From Candidatus Zixiibacteriota bacterium (GTDB taxonomy: Bacteria; Zixibacteria; MSB-5A5; UBA10806; 4484-95), in the NCBI GenBank assembly GCA_029932605.1, contig JAOZPT010000013.1, positions 1 through 50,264 on the forward strand: a DNA stretch of 50,264 nucleotides. The letters are read 5' to 3'. The notes beneath the pieces were generated by a model. It was not told the DNA's origin. It ran no database searches and saw nothing but the letters and a program-made list of their open reading frames with translations. The position numbers and the translations under genes were made by a program. Within the stretch, counting starts at the first letter, position 1, and each line of letters begins with the position of its first letter. Positions 10,005 through 19,560 of the stretch are shown here, piece after piece.

Positions 10005-11252
10005 GTGCCCACAGTCGATTTAGAATCCAAAACGGCTAAAAAACCACCAGTCTCAAGGACAGACACAAGTTTCTCTCCTTTAAGACAATTAAGGATCGCC
10101 ATGATTGGGCAAAAGGGTTTACCGGCAACGTATGGTGGGGTTGAACATCATGTGGAAAATCTGAGCGTTGGATTGACCTCTCTGGGTCATAAAGTCACGG
10201 TCTTTTGCCGACGCTACTATTGCTCCGAAATTGATAAACATTTAAACGTCGAAACAACAGGCCCTTTGACATATTCCTATAAAGGACTGGACCTTAGGAT
10301 TGTAAAATCACTTAAGACAAAACATCTTGATGCAATTACCCATGCGACCCTGTCAACGTTGATCGCTTTAAGAGATGATTTCGACATAATTCACTTTCAC
10401 GGTATCGGCCCATCGTTTGTCAGTTTCGTTCCGCGATTATTTGCCAAGAAAGTTGTAGCCACAGTTCACGCTTTCGATTTTCGCCAAAAAAAATGGGGTA
10501 GATTTGCCAAATTCTGTTTGAGAATGGGATTGAAAAGCGCTGTAACTTTTCCACAGAAAACTATATGCGTCTCTAAAACGATACTGGGAAGTCTCGGTGG
10601 TTGTAAGAATACGGTATATATACCCAACGGCGTCAAAGAGCCTTATGTTTGGAGCAGCAATGAACTTGACTGGATACGGTCGAGGGGATTGGAACCCGGC
10701 AAATATATCCTATTTGTAGGAAGACTCATAGAGGACAAGTGTTGCCACCTTTTAAGCCGGGTGGTAAAAGAGATCGACGACGGATTAAAACTTGCCGTGG
10801 CAGGTGAATCCAGTTTCACCGATGGTTATGTTGAAAGGCTCAAACGATCGGCTGGCCCGAATACGATATTCCTCGGCAATGTCTATAACGAAAAGCTTTC
10901 TGCCCTTTATGCAAATTGCGCCCTTTTTGTGCTGCCCTCATCAGTTGAAGGGCTCCCCATTGTTTTAATTGAGGCAATGAAACATGGGGCTCCGGCATTG
11001 GTCTCCGATATCCCTGAAAATATGGAGATACTCAACAGCGCCGGCGCTTACAAACCAGTAGGCATTTCATTTAAGAACAAAGACTTCGAGTCGTTAAAGA
11101 GGGCCATTACCGAAAATCTGGCTCGCCCCGAGTTTCTACATCTGATTGCAAAAAATGCAATTAATTATGTTAACGAAAACTACAACTGGCAAACAATAGT
11201 TAAAGATACTCAAAGCGCTTATTTTGATGCTTTAGGTGTTATGGATGTATGA
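10005..11252 (+). CDS. Glycosyltransferase family 4
   Basis: IAMIGQKGLPATYGGVE, FVGRLIEDK and EGLPIVLIEAM. Confidence 0.92.
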   Translation: MPTVDLESKTAKKPPVSRTDTSFSPLRQLRIAMIGQKGLPATYGGVEHHVENLSVGLTSLGHKVTVFCRRYYCSEIDKHLNVETTGPLTYSYKGLDLRIVKSLKTKHLDAITHATLSTLIALRDDFDIIHFHGIGPSFVSFVPRLFAKKVVATVHAFDFRQKKWGRFAKFCLRMGLKSAVTFPQKTICVSKTILGSLGGCKNTVYIPNGVKEPYVWSSNELDWIRSRGLEPGKYILFVGRLIEDKCCHLLSRVVKEIDDGLKLAVAGESSFTDGYVERLKRSAGPNTIFLGNVYNEKLSALYANCALFVLPSSVEGLPIVLIEAMKHGAPALVSDIPENMEILNSAGAYKPVGISFKNKDFESLKRAITENLARPEFLHLIAKNAINYVNENYNWQTIVKDTQSAYFDALGVMDV

Positions 11253-11450
11253 CGACCTGTCATTAATAAAATAAATAAAATTTGAACATTTCTATAGATA
11301 TAAGATGGTTTAAAATTATAATAAATGCCATCATCTTGTTGTAATTTTCCTTTATTGTATAAATTGTTAAAATATGGAAACCACAATATGCTTTCTTTCG
11401 TAATTCATATATGCTGGAAAATATGAATAAAATCAAGGGAGTATTACAAG

Positions 11451-12530
11451 ATGAAGAAATTTATCATAATTGGGGCAATAATAATCGTGCTTGTTATATT
11501 GGCCTTCATTACCTTCGGCTCAACCAAAGAGAAGCAAAATGGTCTCAAGCTGGTAGAGGTAACAAAGGGCAATATCGTTGATAAGGCCTTGGCGGTTGGC
11601 CAGCTTGTGCCACGCCGGGAGATACAGGTCAAATCGAAGATTTCCGGTATTGTCAAAACACTTCATGTAGGCATTGGAGATGAAGTTAAGGCAGGGGCAC
11701 CTCTATTAACTGTAGCTCCAAACCCTACCCCCTTAGAGTTTGCTGAGGCTAAACGCAACCTTGAGCTTGCTCAGGTAGATTTTGACAACGCTCAAAAAAT
11801 ATTTCAGCGTATCAAGGAATTGTATAATAAAAATTTAATAAGCCGTGAGGAGTTTGATATCAACCAGGCACAATTCAGCGAATCAAAGTTAAGACTACAG
11901 CTCAGTCAGGAAAAGTTTGCCTTACTTCAAAAAGGTGTCACAAGTAACGGCAAGGATGAAAACACCATAAACTCTCCTATTAATGGAACGGTTTTAGAGA
12001 AACTTGTCAACGAGGGAGACCCGGTTGTGCCATTGACCTCATACCAGGCAGGAACTCCGCTTCTAACACTTGCCCCCATGGATGAGCTTGTTTTTAAAGG
12101 TACGGTTGACGAGATCGATGTTGGCAAACTCAGAGAGGGGATGACAGCTGATATAAAGGTAGGAGCTCTTCCTGACACAAAATTAACAGGAAAATTATCA
12201 AAAATTTCTCCTAAAGCAAAGAAGCGGGATAACACCACTCTTTTTGACCTTGAAATAGAGATTACCGATCCCGGCGATAAGGTTCTTCGTGCCGGTTACT
12301 CTGCCAATGCTGATATAATCATCAGTAAAAAAGATAGCATTTTGATTATCCCCGAAAGGCTGGTCAATTTTAACGGTGACACTTCACGTGTTGAGGTCCA
12401 GGATTCATCAGGAAATATTGCCTTTAAGGATATCAAGGTTGGCCTTTCAGATGGCTTAAATATAGAAGTGATTGAGGGGCTTTCCCTTGGTGACAAGGTG
12501 GTGGAACGTCCCCCTAAGGAGATAGAGTAA
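11451..12530 (+). CDS. MacA/HlyD-type periplasmic adaptor subunit
   Basis: N-terminal TM, lipoyl-like VKSKISGIV...GDEVKAG, helical hairpin, INSPINGTV and VDEIDVGKL. Confidence 0.9.
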   Translation: MKKFIIIGAIIIVLVILAFITFGSTKEKQNGLKLVEVTKGNIVDKALAVGQLVPRREIQVKSKISGIVKTLHVGIGDEVKAGAPLLTVAPNPTPLEFAEAKRNLELAQVDFDNAQKIFQRIKELYNKNLISREEFDINQAQFSESKLRLQLSQEKFALLQKGVTSNGKDENTINSPINGTVLEKLVNEGDPVVPLTSYQAGTPLLTLAPMDELVFKGTVDEIDVGKLREGMTADIKVGALPDTKLTGKLSKISPKAKKRDNTTLFDLEIEITDPGDKVLRAGYSANADIIISKKDSILIIPERLVNFNGDTSRVEVQDSSGNIAFKDIKVGLSDGLNIEVIEGLSLGDKVVERPPKEIE

Positions 12531-13763
12531 TTGAAGGTTCTTATAATACTTAAACAGTTTCTCCAGGATATAAAAAAGCAGAAGCTTCGCACCTTTCTTA
12601 CAACCTTCGGTATAGTCTGGGGTACGGTAGCAACTGTTACCCTTGTGGCGTTCGGCGAGGGTTTATATAAACATACTCAAAAACAGTTTCATGGTTTGGG
12701 CGACCGATTGGTTATCGTCTGGCCCGGTACAACCGCCAAGCCCTATAAAGGTATGCCTCGCGGGCGACGGATAAGGTTCCATGATGAAGATATCGATTTG
12801 CTGAAAAGTGAAATTCCAGAGATGACGGTTGCTTCCACTGAATACTCAAGCAGGGCAGCGATAACTTATGGTCGCAAGACCATGTCTCAAAGGATAGCTG
12901 CTGTTTTTCCCGAATTTGCCATTGCCAGGAATATCATCCCTGAACCCGGTGGACGCTTTTTGAACGGTATCGATTTCGAATATCGCAAACGTGTGATATT
13001 TTTAGGTAATAATGTTCGCAACGATTTATTTGGAAAGGGTGTAAATCCGGTTGGAAAATATGTTACCCTCGCTGGAGCACCTTTTCTGGTCATCGGCGTG
13101 TTGAAGGAGAAATTACAGAATTCCTCATACAATGGCCGGGATTCTTACAGGGTTTTTATCCCTGCCAGCACATTTAAAACAATGTTTACCCGCCGTTATC
13201 CTGATAACCTTGTCTACCAGGTTGAAGACCCCACGAGATCCTCTGAGGTTGAGAAGAAACTCTACAAGGTTCTGGGTAGAAAATATCAGTTCGACCCGGA
13301 GGATAAGGAGGCATTAGGTGTCTGGGATACCAATGAATCAGAGAAACAGTGGAAACCGTTTTTTGAGGGTTTCAAGATATTCTTAGCGATTATAGGTGTG
13401 TTCACCTTGATAGTAGGGGGTATTGGTACCGCTAATATTATGTATGTTGTTGTAAAAGAGAGAACTAAAGAGATCGGCATCAAGATGGCTCTTGGGGCAA
13501 CCCGAGCACATATTATGAGCCAGATAATTGCCGAGTCGTTGATGATTGCCGCCATCGGTGGATTTGTTGGATTCTTAATAGCCAAATTGTTCGTGGCTGG
13601 CTTCCCACTTTTGAAATTGGGCGAATATGTCGGCAACCCTGTCATTTCGATCGATGCTGTACTTGTAGCTGTGGGGGTAATAGGTTCAATCGGCTTGATT
13701 GCTGGTATTTTCCCCGCTAGGCGAGCCTCAAAACTAAATCCAGTCGAGGCTTTAAGGCTTTAA
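12531..13763 (+). CDS. MacB/FtsX-type ABC permease
   Basis: RTFLTTFGIVWG, GGIGTANIMYVVVKERTKEIGIKMALGA and PARRASKLNPVEALR. Confidence 0.92.
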   Translation: MKVLIILKQFLQDIKKQKLRTFLTTFGIVWGTVATVTLVAFGEGLYKHTQKQFHGLGDRLVIVWPGTTAKPYKGMPRGRRIRFHDEDIDLLKSEIPEMTVASTEYSSRAAITYGRKTMSQRIAAVFPEFAIARNIIPEPGGRFLNGIDFEYRKRVIFLGNNVRNDLFGKGVNPVGKYVTLAGAPFLVIGVLKEKLQNSSYNGRDSYRVFIPASTFKTMFTRRYPDNLVYQVEDPTRSSEVEKKLYKVLGRKYQFDPEDKEALGVWDTNESEKQWKPFFEGFKIFLAIIGVFTLIVGGIGTANIMYVVVKERTKEIGIKMALGATRAHIMSQIIAESLMIAAIGGFVGFLIAKLFVAGFPLLKLGEYVGNPVISIDAVLVAVGVIGSIGLIAGIFPARRASKLNPVEALRL

Positions 13764-13767
13764 TGCG

Positions 13768-15003
13768 ATGTTATTTATCAAGGTCATATTAAGAGAGTTC
13801 AAATCGCAGAAACTGCGAATGGCACTGACTGTTGCGGGTATCACCTGGGGCACGATCTCCATTACGCTTCTAATGGCATTTAGCGTGGGCCTGGAAAAGC
13901 AGATGATGAAATCCACTTACGGCCTTGGCAAAGGTATAGTAATATTGTGGCCCGGACAAACCACCCTGGTTTATGAGGGCCTTCCCCAGGGAAGGATAAT
14001 TCATTTCGTGCCCGAGGATTTGGATTTAATCAAAGAAGGTGCTCCTGGAATAGACAAGATATCCGGTGAATATCTCAGGTGGGGTGTCGTTGTAGAATAC
14101 GGCAAGAAACAGATATCAAAGCTTGTCAGCGGAGTCTATCCTGAATTTGAAGAGCTCCGTTCGCATTATGCTCAAGTTGGCGGTCGCTTCATAAACGAAC
14201 TCGATTTCAAACATAAAAGGCGGGTTGTTTATCTGGGATTTGGAGTGGCCAAAGAGATTTTCGGCGATAAAGACCCTGTTGGTGAGGTCATTTTGCTGAA
14301 TGGTATTCCATTTACTGTTATAGGTGTAATGGTGAAAAAACTGCAGAACTCCAACTATCATGGTCCGGATGAAGACTACTTGGTGATTCCGGCTTCGTCA
14401 TTTGTGATGATATTCGGTGACCCGTATTTCGATAATTTCGTTTACTCGGTCAAAGAGGGAGTTGATACGAAGGATGTTGAAAAGTCATTATTTAAGCTTC
14501 TCGGAGCTAAGTACCGTTTCGATCCTAACGACAGACACGCTCTCTGGTTCTGGGATGTTAAAGAACAGGCAGAAGTCACATCAAAGGCGTTTTTCGGCAT
14601 CAATCTTTTCATGTGGTTCATTGGCGGTATGACTCTACTTATCGCCGGTGTGGGTGTGGCCAATATCATGTATGTGGCGGTACGAGAGAGAACAAGAGAA
14701 ATCGGCACAAAAATAGCGCTTGGAGCCGAGAAAAAACATATCCTTTTCCAGTTTATGGCGGAGGCTTTGGCGATTGCCTTTGCAGGTGGGCTATTGGGGA
14801 TACTTTTCAGCATGGTGGTATGCAAGCTTTTCCGAATGTTACCGCTGGAGGGGCCATTGGAGTTATTGAGCCAGCCCACCGTAAACTGGCCTGTTGCTAT
14901 TATAACAGTAATAACTTTATCCATAATAGGTTTTGTCGCGGGCTTCTTCCCTGCCCGAAAGGCGGCATCGATCAATCCGGTTGAAGCGTTGAGGTATGAG
15001 TAG
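13768..15003 (+). CDS. MacB/FtsX-type ABC permease (paralog of the upstream gene)
   Basis: GVGVANIMYVAVRERTREIG and PARKAASINPVEALRYE. Confidence 0.92.
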   Translation: MLFIKVILREFKSQKLRMALTVAGITWGTISITLLMAFSVGLEKQMMKSTYGLGKGIVILWPGQTTLVYEGLPQGRIIHFVPEDLDLIKEGAPGIDKISGEYLRWGVVVEYGKKQISKLVSGVYPEFEELRSHYAQVGGRFINELDFKHKRRVVYLGFGVAKEIFGDKDPVGEVILLNGIPFTVIGVMVKKLQNSNYHGPDEDYLVIPASSFVMIFGDPYFDNFVYSVKEGVDTKDVEKSLFKLLGAKYRFDPNDRHALWFWDVKEQAEVTSKAFFGINLFMWFIGGMTLLIAGVGVANIMYVAVRERTREIGTKIALGAEKKHILFQFMAEALAIAFAGGLLGILFSMVVCKLFRMLPLEGPLELLSQPTVNWPVAIITVITLSIIGFVAGFFPARKAASINPVEALRYE

Positions 15004-15699
15004 ATGGACAACAGTAAATTGATTTCGTTAAAAAAAATAACCAAAACCTACCAAACCGGCAGGATAGAGGTCAAAGCCTTAAGAGGAGTCGACCTTGATA
15101 TCAATAAGGGTGAATTCCTTGCCATAATAGGCCCCTCTGGCTCGGGGAAATCAACCCTGATGAATATAATAGGTTGTCTGGATATACCGACCTCGGGAAA
15201 ATATTACCTTGACGGTCAACCTGTCGAGGATATGAATATCCATAAACTTGCCTCCATAAGAAATAAAAAAATCGGTTTTATATTCCAGAATTTCAACCTT
15301 CTGACATACGCCACCGCTTATGAAAACGTCGAGATGCCTCTAATTTTTGCCGGCAAACCAGGGAGAATCCGCAAGGAGAAGATAATGGAATGTCTTTCCT
15401 CGGTGGGCCTTGCCGACAGGGCTGAGCACAAACCCACCGAACTCTCCGGCGGTGAAATGCAGAGAGTAGCCATAGCCCGGGCGCTGGCCAACGACCCTGA
15501 AATTATCTTAGCCGATGAGCCAACCGGCAACCTCGATTCCCGCTCCGGTGGTGAAATCATTGACCTTTTCGAAAAGCTTAACCAGGCCGGCAGGTCAGTG
15601 GTTACCATAACCCATGATATGAATATCGCCAGCCGTTGTCATCGTATAATCAGGCTCAAAGATGGCTTGATTGAATCGGAAAAAAATAATCATCAGTAG
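15004..15699 (+). CDS. ABC transporter ATP-binding protein (MacB/LolD type)
   Basis: Walker A GPSGSGKS, signature LSGGEMQR and Walker [12 protein letters not shown]. Confidence 0.95.
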   Translation: MDNSKLISLKKITKTYQTGRIEVKALRGVDLDINKGEFLAIIGPSGSGKSTLMNIIGCLDIPTSGKYYLDGQPVEDMNIHKLASIRNKKIGFIFQNFNLLTYATAYENVEMPLIFAGKPGRIRKEKIMECLSSVGLADRAEHKPTELSGGEMQRVAIARALANDPEIILADEPTGNLDSRSGGEIIDLFEKLNQAGRSVVTITHDMNIASRCHRIIRLKDGLIESEKNNHQ

Positions 15700-15786
15700 T
15701 AGGCCAAGAGCCCTGTGCTCTTGAATATTATAGTATATTTATCAAAATCACATGGATTTTGACCTACTTTCCTTTTACGAGACCAC

Positions 15787-15815
15787 TTGCTATTGTTATG
15801 TAAAAATCCTATTAT
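15787..15815 (+). promoter_or_regulatory. sigma70-type promoter
   Basis: TTGCTA-N17-TATTAT upstream of RBS GGAGG and ATG 15841. Confidence 0.5.
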
Positions 15816-15840
15816 TATCTTTTAAGAATATGGAGGTGAG

Positions 15841-17034
15841 ATGCTTAATTTCGAATTTATCCTACCCACAAAAATAATATTTGGCGCCGGTGAGATAAAG
15901 AAACTTGGCAAAGAGATTAAAAAAATCGGGAGCAAACCCTTAATAGTCACCGGCAGGAAAGCCATGCGCCAGACAGGTATCCTTGATAAGGTCATAGGTA
16001 TTCTTAAAGAGGTAAATGTCAAACCGGTTGTATTCGAAAAAATAGAACCCAATCCACGGGCAAAGACCGTGGATGAAGGTGGTAAATTGGCTCGTGATGA
16101 AGGATGTGACCTTGTGGTGGGTTTAGGTGGTGGTTCAGCCATGGATGCTGCCAAGGGTATTGCCGCGGTGGCAGTATCAAAAAGACCGGTTTGGGACCAT
16201 GTGTATTCTGGAGAGGGCGAGACATATATACCGGTGCGAAAAGCTCTACCGCTTGTATGTGTGCCAACTGTCGCAGCCACAGGTTCCGAGGCTGATAGTG
16301 GGGGAATAATCACCAACTCCGAAACCAATGAAAAAGCCGGTATATTCAGCAATGCCCTTTTCCCCGCTTTATCAGTTGTTGATCCAGAATTGACATTTAC
16401 CTGCCCCGAGGATTACACGATTGATGGCGGTATCGATATTATCAGCCATGTGTTAGAATCGTATTTCACCGGTACAAGCACGGCCTACCTCCAGGACCGT
16501 CTCTCCGAATCGATTGTTAAAACCGTTATACACTACTTGCCCTTAGCTATCAAAAACCCCCGTGATATAGAGGCACGTTCACATCTGTCTTGGTCCTCCA
16601 CATTGGCTCTTTCAGGCCTGATAAATATTGGTCGCGGTGGTGGTTTTCCTCTTCATGCATTAGAGCATGCTGTTTCGGGCCACTACGACATCTCACACGG
16701 TTGCGGGCTTGCCCTTCTTATGCCGGCTTTAATGAAATATACCTCCGTTGCCCGACCGGAGAAGTTTATGGAGATGGGTATGAATATTTTCGATCTGAGA
16801 TTCGAAGATGAATCCGTTGAACAGGCGGCTGCGAAGAGTATTGATGCTATGAAGGAATTTCTGGATTCGGTCAAAAGATTACTTCGCTTTTCCGATCTAG
16901 GCATAGGTGATGAAAAATTCGAGATAATGGCTGACGATATAATCAAGATATACGGGCACGGTAAAAACTACCTGGATAATCCTCGCCCTATCGACAAAAC
17001 AGGAATACTTGAGATTTTTAAAAACACCTTATGA
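15841..17034 (+). CDS. Iron-containing alcohol dehydrogenase (butanol dehydrogenase-like)
   Basis: GGGSAMDAAK, PTVAATGSE, D..SH..E and HALEH...HG metal ligands. Confidence 0.9.
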   Translation: MLNFEFILPTKIIFGAGEIKKLGKEIKKIGSKPLIVTGRKAMRQTGILDKVIGILKEVNVKPVVFEKIEPNPRAKTVDEGGKLARDEGCDLVVGLGGGSAMDAAKGIAAVAVSKRPVWDHVYSGEGETYIPVRKALPLVCVPTVAATGSEADSGGIITNSETNEKAGIFSNALFPALSVVDPELTFTCPEDYTIDGGIDIISHVLESYFTGTSTAYLQDRLSESIVKTVIHYLPLAIKNPRDIEARSHLSWSSTLALSGLINIGRGGGFPLHALEHAVSGHYDISHGCGLALLMPALMKYTSVARPEKFMEMGMNIFDLRFEDESVEQAAAKSIDAMKEFLDSVKRLLRFSDLGIGDEKFEIMADDIIKIYGHGKNYLDNPRPIDKTGILEIFKNTL

Positions 17035-17194
17035 ATTAATTTAGCGTAATGTGGATTTTCATAAAGATATTCGTAAAGTGTTTACAACTTAAATAGCATA
17101 TAGAGGAGCTTCCAGATTGGATTTTAATTGACTTTGATATTATAAATTATGATATTAGGGTTTGTTTTTGATTATGTAGGTTTAACGATAGAGG

Positions 17195-19069
17195 GTGCTG
17201 ATGAAAGGACTTAGTCAAGAAGACATAAAGGTGATTTTGGCCACCGATTGTGGTTCCACTACAACCAAGGCTATTTTGATAGAGTATCATGATGGCGAAT
17301 ACCGTCTTATTGTTCGTGGTGAAGCCCCTACTACGGTGGAGGCTCCTTTTGAGGATGTAACTATGGGCGTTTTGAATGCTATTGGAGAGGTTGAGGAGCT
17401 TACCGGTAGAAAGATTTTGGATGAAGAAAACAAAATAATATCACCATCCAAAGAAAAAACGGGTACCGATATTTATATCTCAACCTCCTCTGCCGGTGGT
17501 GGCTTACAGATGATGGTTGCTGGCGTAGTGCGCTCGATGACCGCTGAATCTGCTGAACGTGCGGCTCTCGGTGCTGGGGCGATTGTTATGGATGTCATAG
17601 CCTCTAATGATAAACGTTTGCCTCACGAGCAAATTGAGCGTATCCGCCACCTTCGCCCCGATATGATTTTACTCTCTGGAGGAATTGATGGCGGTACAAC
17701 TACGCATGTTGTTGAGCTGGCCGAGTTAATAAGTGCTGCTGACCCAAAACCTCGTCTTGGCTCCAGTTACAATTTACCCGTTATTTACGCTGGTAATGTT
17801 GATGCTCGTGAGGCTGTGTCGGAATCCCTTAAAGACAAAACCGCCCTGGACATAGTTGACAACTTAAGGCCGGTCCTTGAACGAGAAAACTTAATACCAG
17901 CACGTGAGAAAATCCATGACCTGTTTATGGAGCATGTTATGGCCCAAGCTCCCGGTTATTCAAAACTTATGTCCTGGACCGATGCCCCTATCATGCCGAC
18001 TCCCGGAGCGGTTGGACTAATTATCAAGACTATCTCCGACCTTGAAAACATAGAAACAGTAGGCGTAGATATAGGTGGTGCTACCACAGATATTTTCAGT
18101 GTCTTTCGTCCTGAAGGCAGCGAGGGGATATTCAATCGAACCGTGTCAGCCAACCTTGGAATGAGTTATTCAATATCGAACGTGTTTGCCGAGGCAACTC
18201 TCCCCAACGTAATGCGCTGGGTGCCATTTAACATGGATGAGCGTAACCTTCGTAACCGCATAAAAAACAAAATGATCCGACCAACAACCATTCCTCAGAT
18301 GCTGGAGGAGTTGATCATGGAGCAGGCTATTGCCAAGGAGGCTTTGAGGCTGGCATTTGTCCAGCATAAATCATTTGCCACTGTTTTAAAAGGTGTCCAG
18401 CAACAGCGCACCATCGCCGATGCTTTTGAACAAACAACATCAGGGGCAACGCTTGTAAACATGATGAGCCTTGACATGCTGGTTGGTTCAGGGGGTGTTC
18501 TCTCCCACGCCCCACGTCGCCAGCAAGCTGCGATGATGCTTGTCGATGGTTTCCTGCCGGAGGGTGTCACCCGCCTGGCGGTCGATTCAATCTTTATGAT
18601 GCCGCAGCTGGGTGTTTTATCAACCTTGCATAAAAAAGCAGCGACTGAGGTGTTTAATAAAGACTGCTTGATTCATCTGGGGGTATGTATAGCTCCAGTT
18701 GGTGAGGGTAAAGAGGGCCGTGAGGTAATGAGCTATAAAATCGAGTTACCCGATGGCAAAATCGAAGAGGGAAGTATCATGTTTGGCCAGATGAAGCTAA
18801 TCAAGCTGGGATTGGGTAAGGATGGTTTACCTTTGAAGGCAAAGGCTGAATTCAATCCGGCACGAGGTTTTAACCTTGGTCGTGGCAAAGGTAACCGGAT
18901 AGAAGGCACTATTTCCGGTGGTGTTGTAGGAGTCATACTTGATGGGCGTGGCCGCCCATTTAACCTTCCCACCGACGCCAAAACCCGTGTAGAAAAACTT
19001 AAAGAGTGGATGCTTGAGATGGAAAACTATCCTGCAAAGGAACTGGAAAGTTTGATAAAGCAGTATTAA
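17195..19069 (+). CDS. GlmL/MutL (glutamate mutase L)-family ASKHA ATPase, putative B12-enzyme reactivase
   Basis: Actin-like phosphate motifs TDCGSTTTKA and DIGGATTDIFS, plus SSAGGGL, GGIDGG, MPTPGAV, RTVSANLGMSYS and GSGGVL. Confidence 0.8.
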   Translation: MLMKGLSQEDIKVILATDCGSTTTKAILIEYHDGEYRLIVRGEAPTTVEAPFEDVTMGVLNAIGEVEELTGRKILDEENKIISPSKEKTGTDIYISTSSAGGGLQMMVAGVVRSMTAESAERAALGAGAIVMDVIASNDKRLPHEQIERIRHLRPDMILLSGGIDGGTTTHVVELAELISAADPKPRLGSSYNLPVIYAGNVDAREAVSESLKDKTALDIVDNLRPVLERENLIPAREKIHDLFMEHVMAQAPGYSKLMSWTDAPIMPTPGAVGLIIKTISDLENIETVGVDIGGATTDIFSVFRPEGSEGIFNRTVSANLGMSYSISNVFAEATLPNVMRWVPFNMDERNLRNRIKNKMIRPTTIPQMLEELIMEQAIAKEALRLAFVQHKSFATVLKGVQQQRTIADAFEQTTSGATLVNMMSLDMLVGSGGVLSHAPRRQQAAMMLVDGFLPEGVTRLAVDSIFMMPQLGVLSTLHKKAATEVFNKDCLIHLGVCIAPVGEGKEGREVMSYKIELPDGKIEEGSIMFGQMKLIKLGLGKDGLPLKAKAEFNPARGFNLGRGKGNRIEGTISGGVVGVILDGRGRPFNLPTDAKTRVEKLKEWMLEMENYPAKELESLIKQY

Positions 19070-19088
19070 ATTTCTCGCATTACGAATT

Positions 19089-19128
19089 AACCGCCATTTC
19101 TTACCAAGTAAGGATGGCGGTTTTTTTT
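19089..19128 (+). terminator. Intrinsic terminator after the GlmL-like gene
   Basis: AACCGCCAT..CTTAC-caa-GTAAG.ATGGCGGTT followed by a T8 run. Confidence 0.85.
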
Positions 19129-19354
19129 AATTATGTAAGAGATTATATTCATAGAACATGTAAGACATTTATATAAATAAAGCTTAATATCTCTTATTAT
19201 TTTAGTTAGTCCTAATAATTCACAACCATATTTTAACATTTAAGTAAGTGCTTGTTAATTCATTGGACTGTAATATAGTAACGTCAAGGATGTGGAACCT
19301 ATTAAAATTACGAAGTGTTTTTAAGTTGTCTGAAAGAATTTAATTGTCGGCAAT

Positions 19355-19404
19355 GTAGCACCGGCATTTTTGCCGGTGATTCTTGGGCAGGACGCCCAAG
19401 CCAC
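19355..19404. repeat. REP-doublet (REPIN)-like element
   Basis: GTAG+CACCGGCA-tttt-TGCCGGTG, and on the opposite strand GTGG+CTTGGGC-gtcct-GCCCAAG. It is a GC-rich island in AT-rich intergenic DNA. Confidence 0.6.
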
Positions 19405-19499
19405 TTCTTAAAATTAAGAAAGTTTATGAATAATACAAGTTAGTAATATTGATGTGTCATATTATGCCTTTGTCTTGCTCTTGAAACTGGCTAAGATTG

Positions 19500-19528
19500 T
19501 TGCAATATACTGATTAATGTGTTATAAT
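19500..19528 (+). promoter_or_regulatory. sigma70 promoter with extended -10 for the KamA-family gene
   Basis: TTGCAA-N17-TATAAT, with TG placed one base before the -10 hexamer. Confidence 0.65.
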
Positions 19529-19560
19529 ACATTATCAATAACATTTCAGGGGAAGTTGTT

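Noticed and set aside
14442..15044. 200-aa antisense ORF, and the many other 60-176 aa ORFs overlapping long genes (e.g. 15822-16352, 42126-42608, 48259-48702)
   Set aside because: These are shadow ORFs opposite or inside well-supported genes, with no motifs or RBS.
17195..19069. Reading 'MutL' as the DNA mismatch-repair protein
   Set aside because: The motifs are ASKHA/actin-like (GlmL), not the GHKL ATPase of repair MutL.
19487..19505. sigma54-like TGGC...TTGCA upstream of the aminomutase
   Set aside because: Spacing is GG-N11-GC rather than N10, and a strong sigma70 promoter overlaps it.
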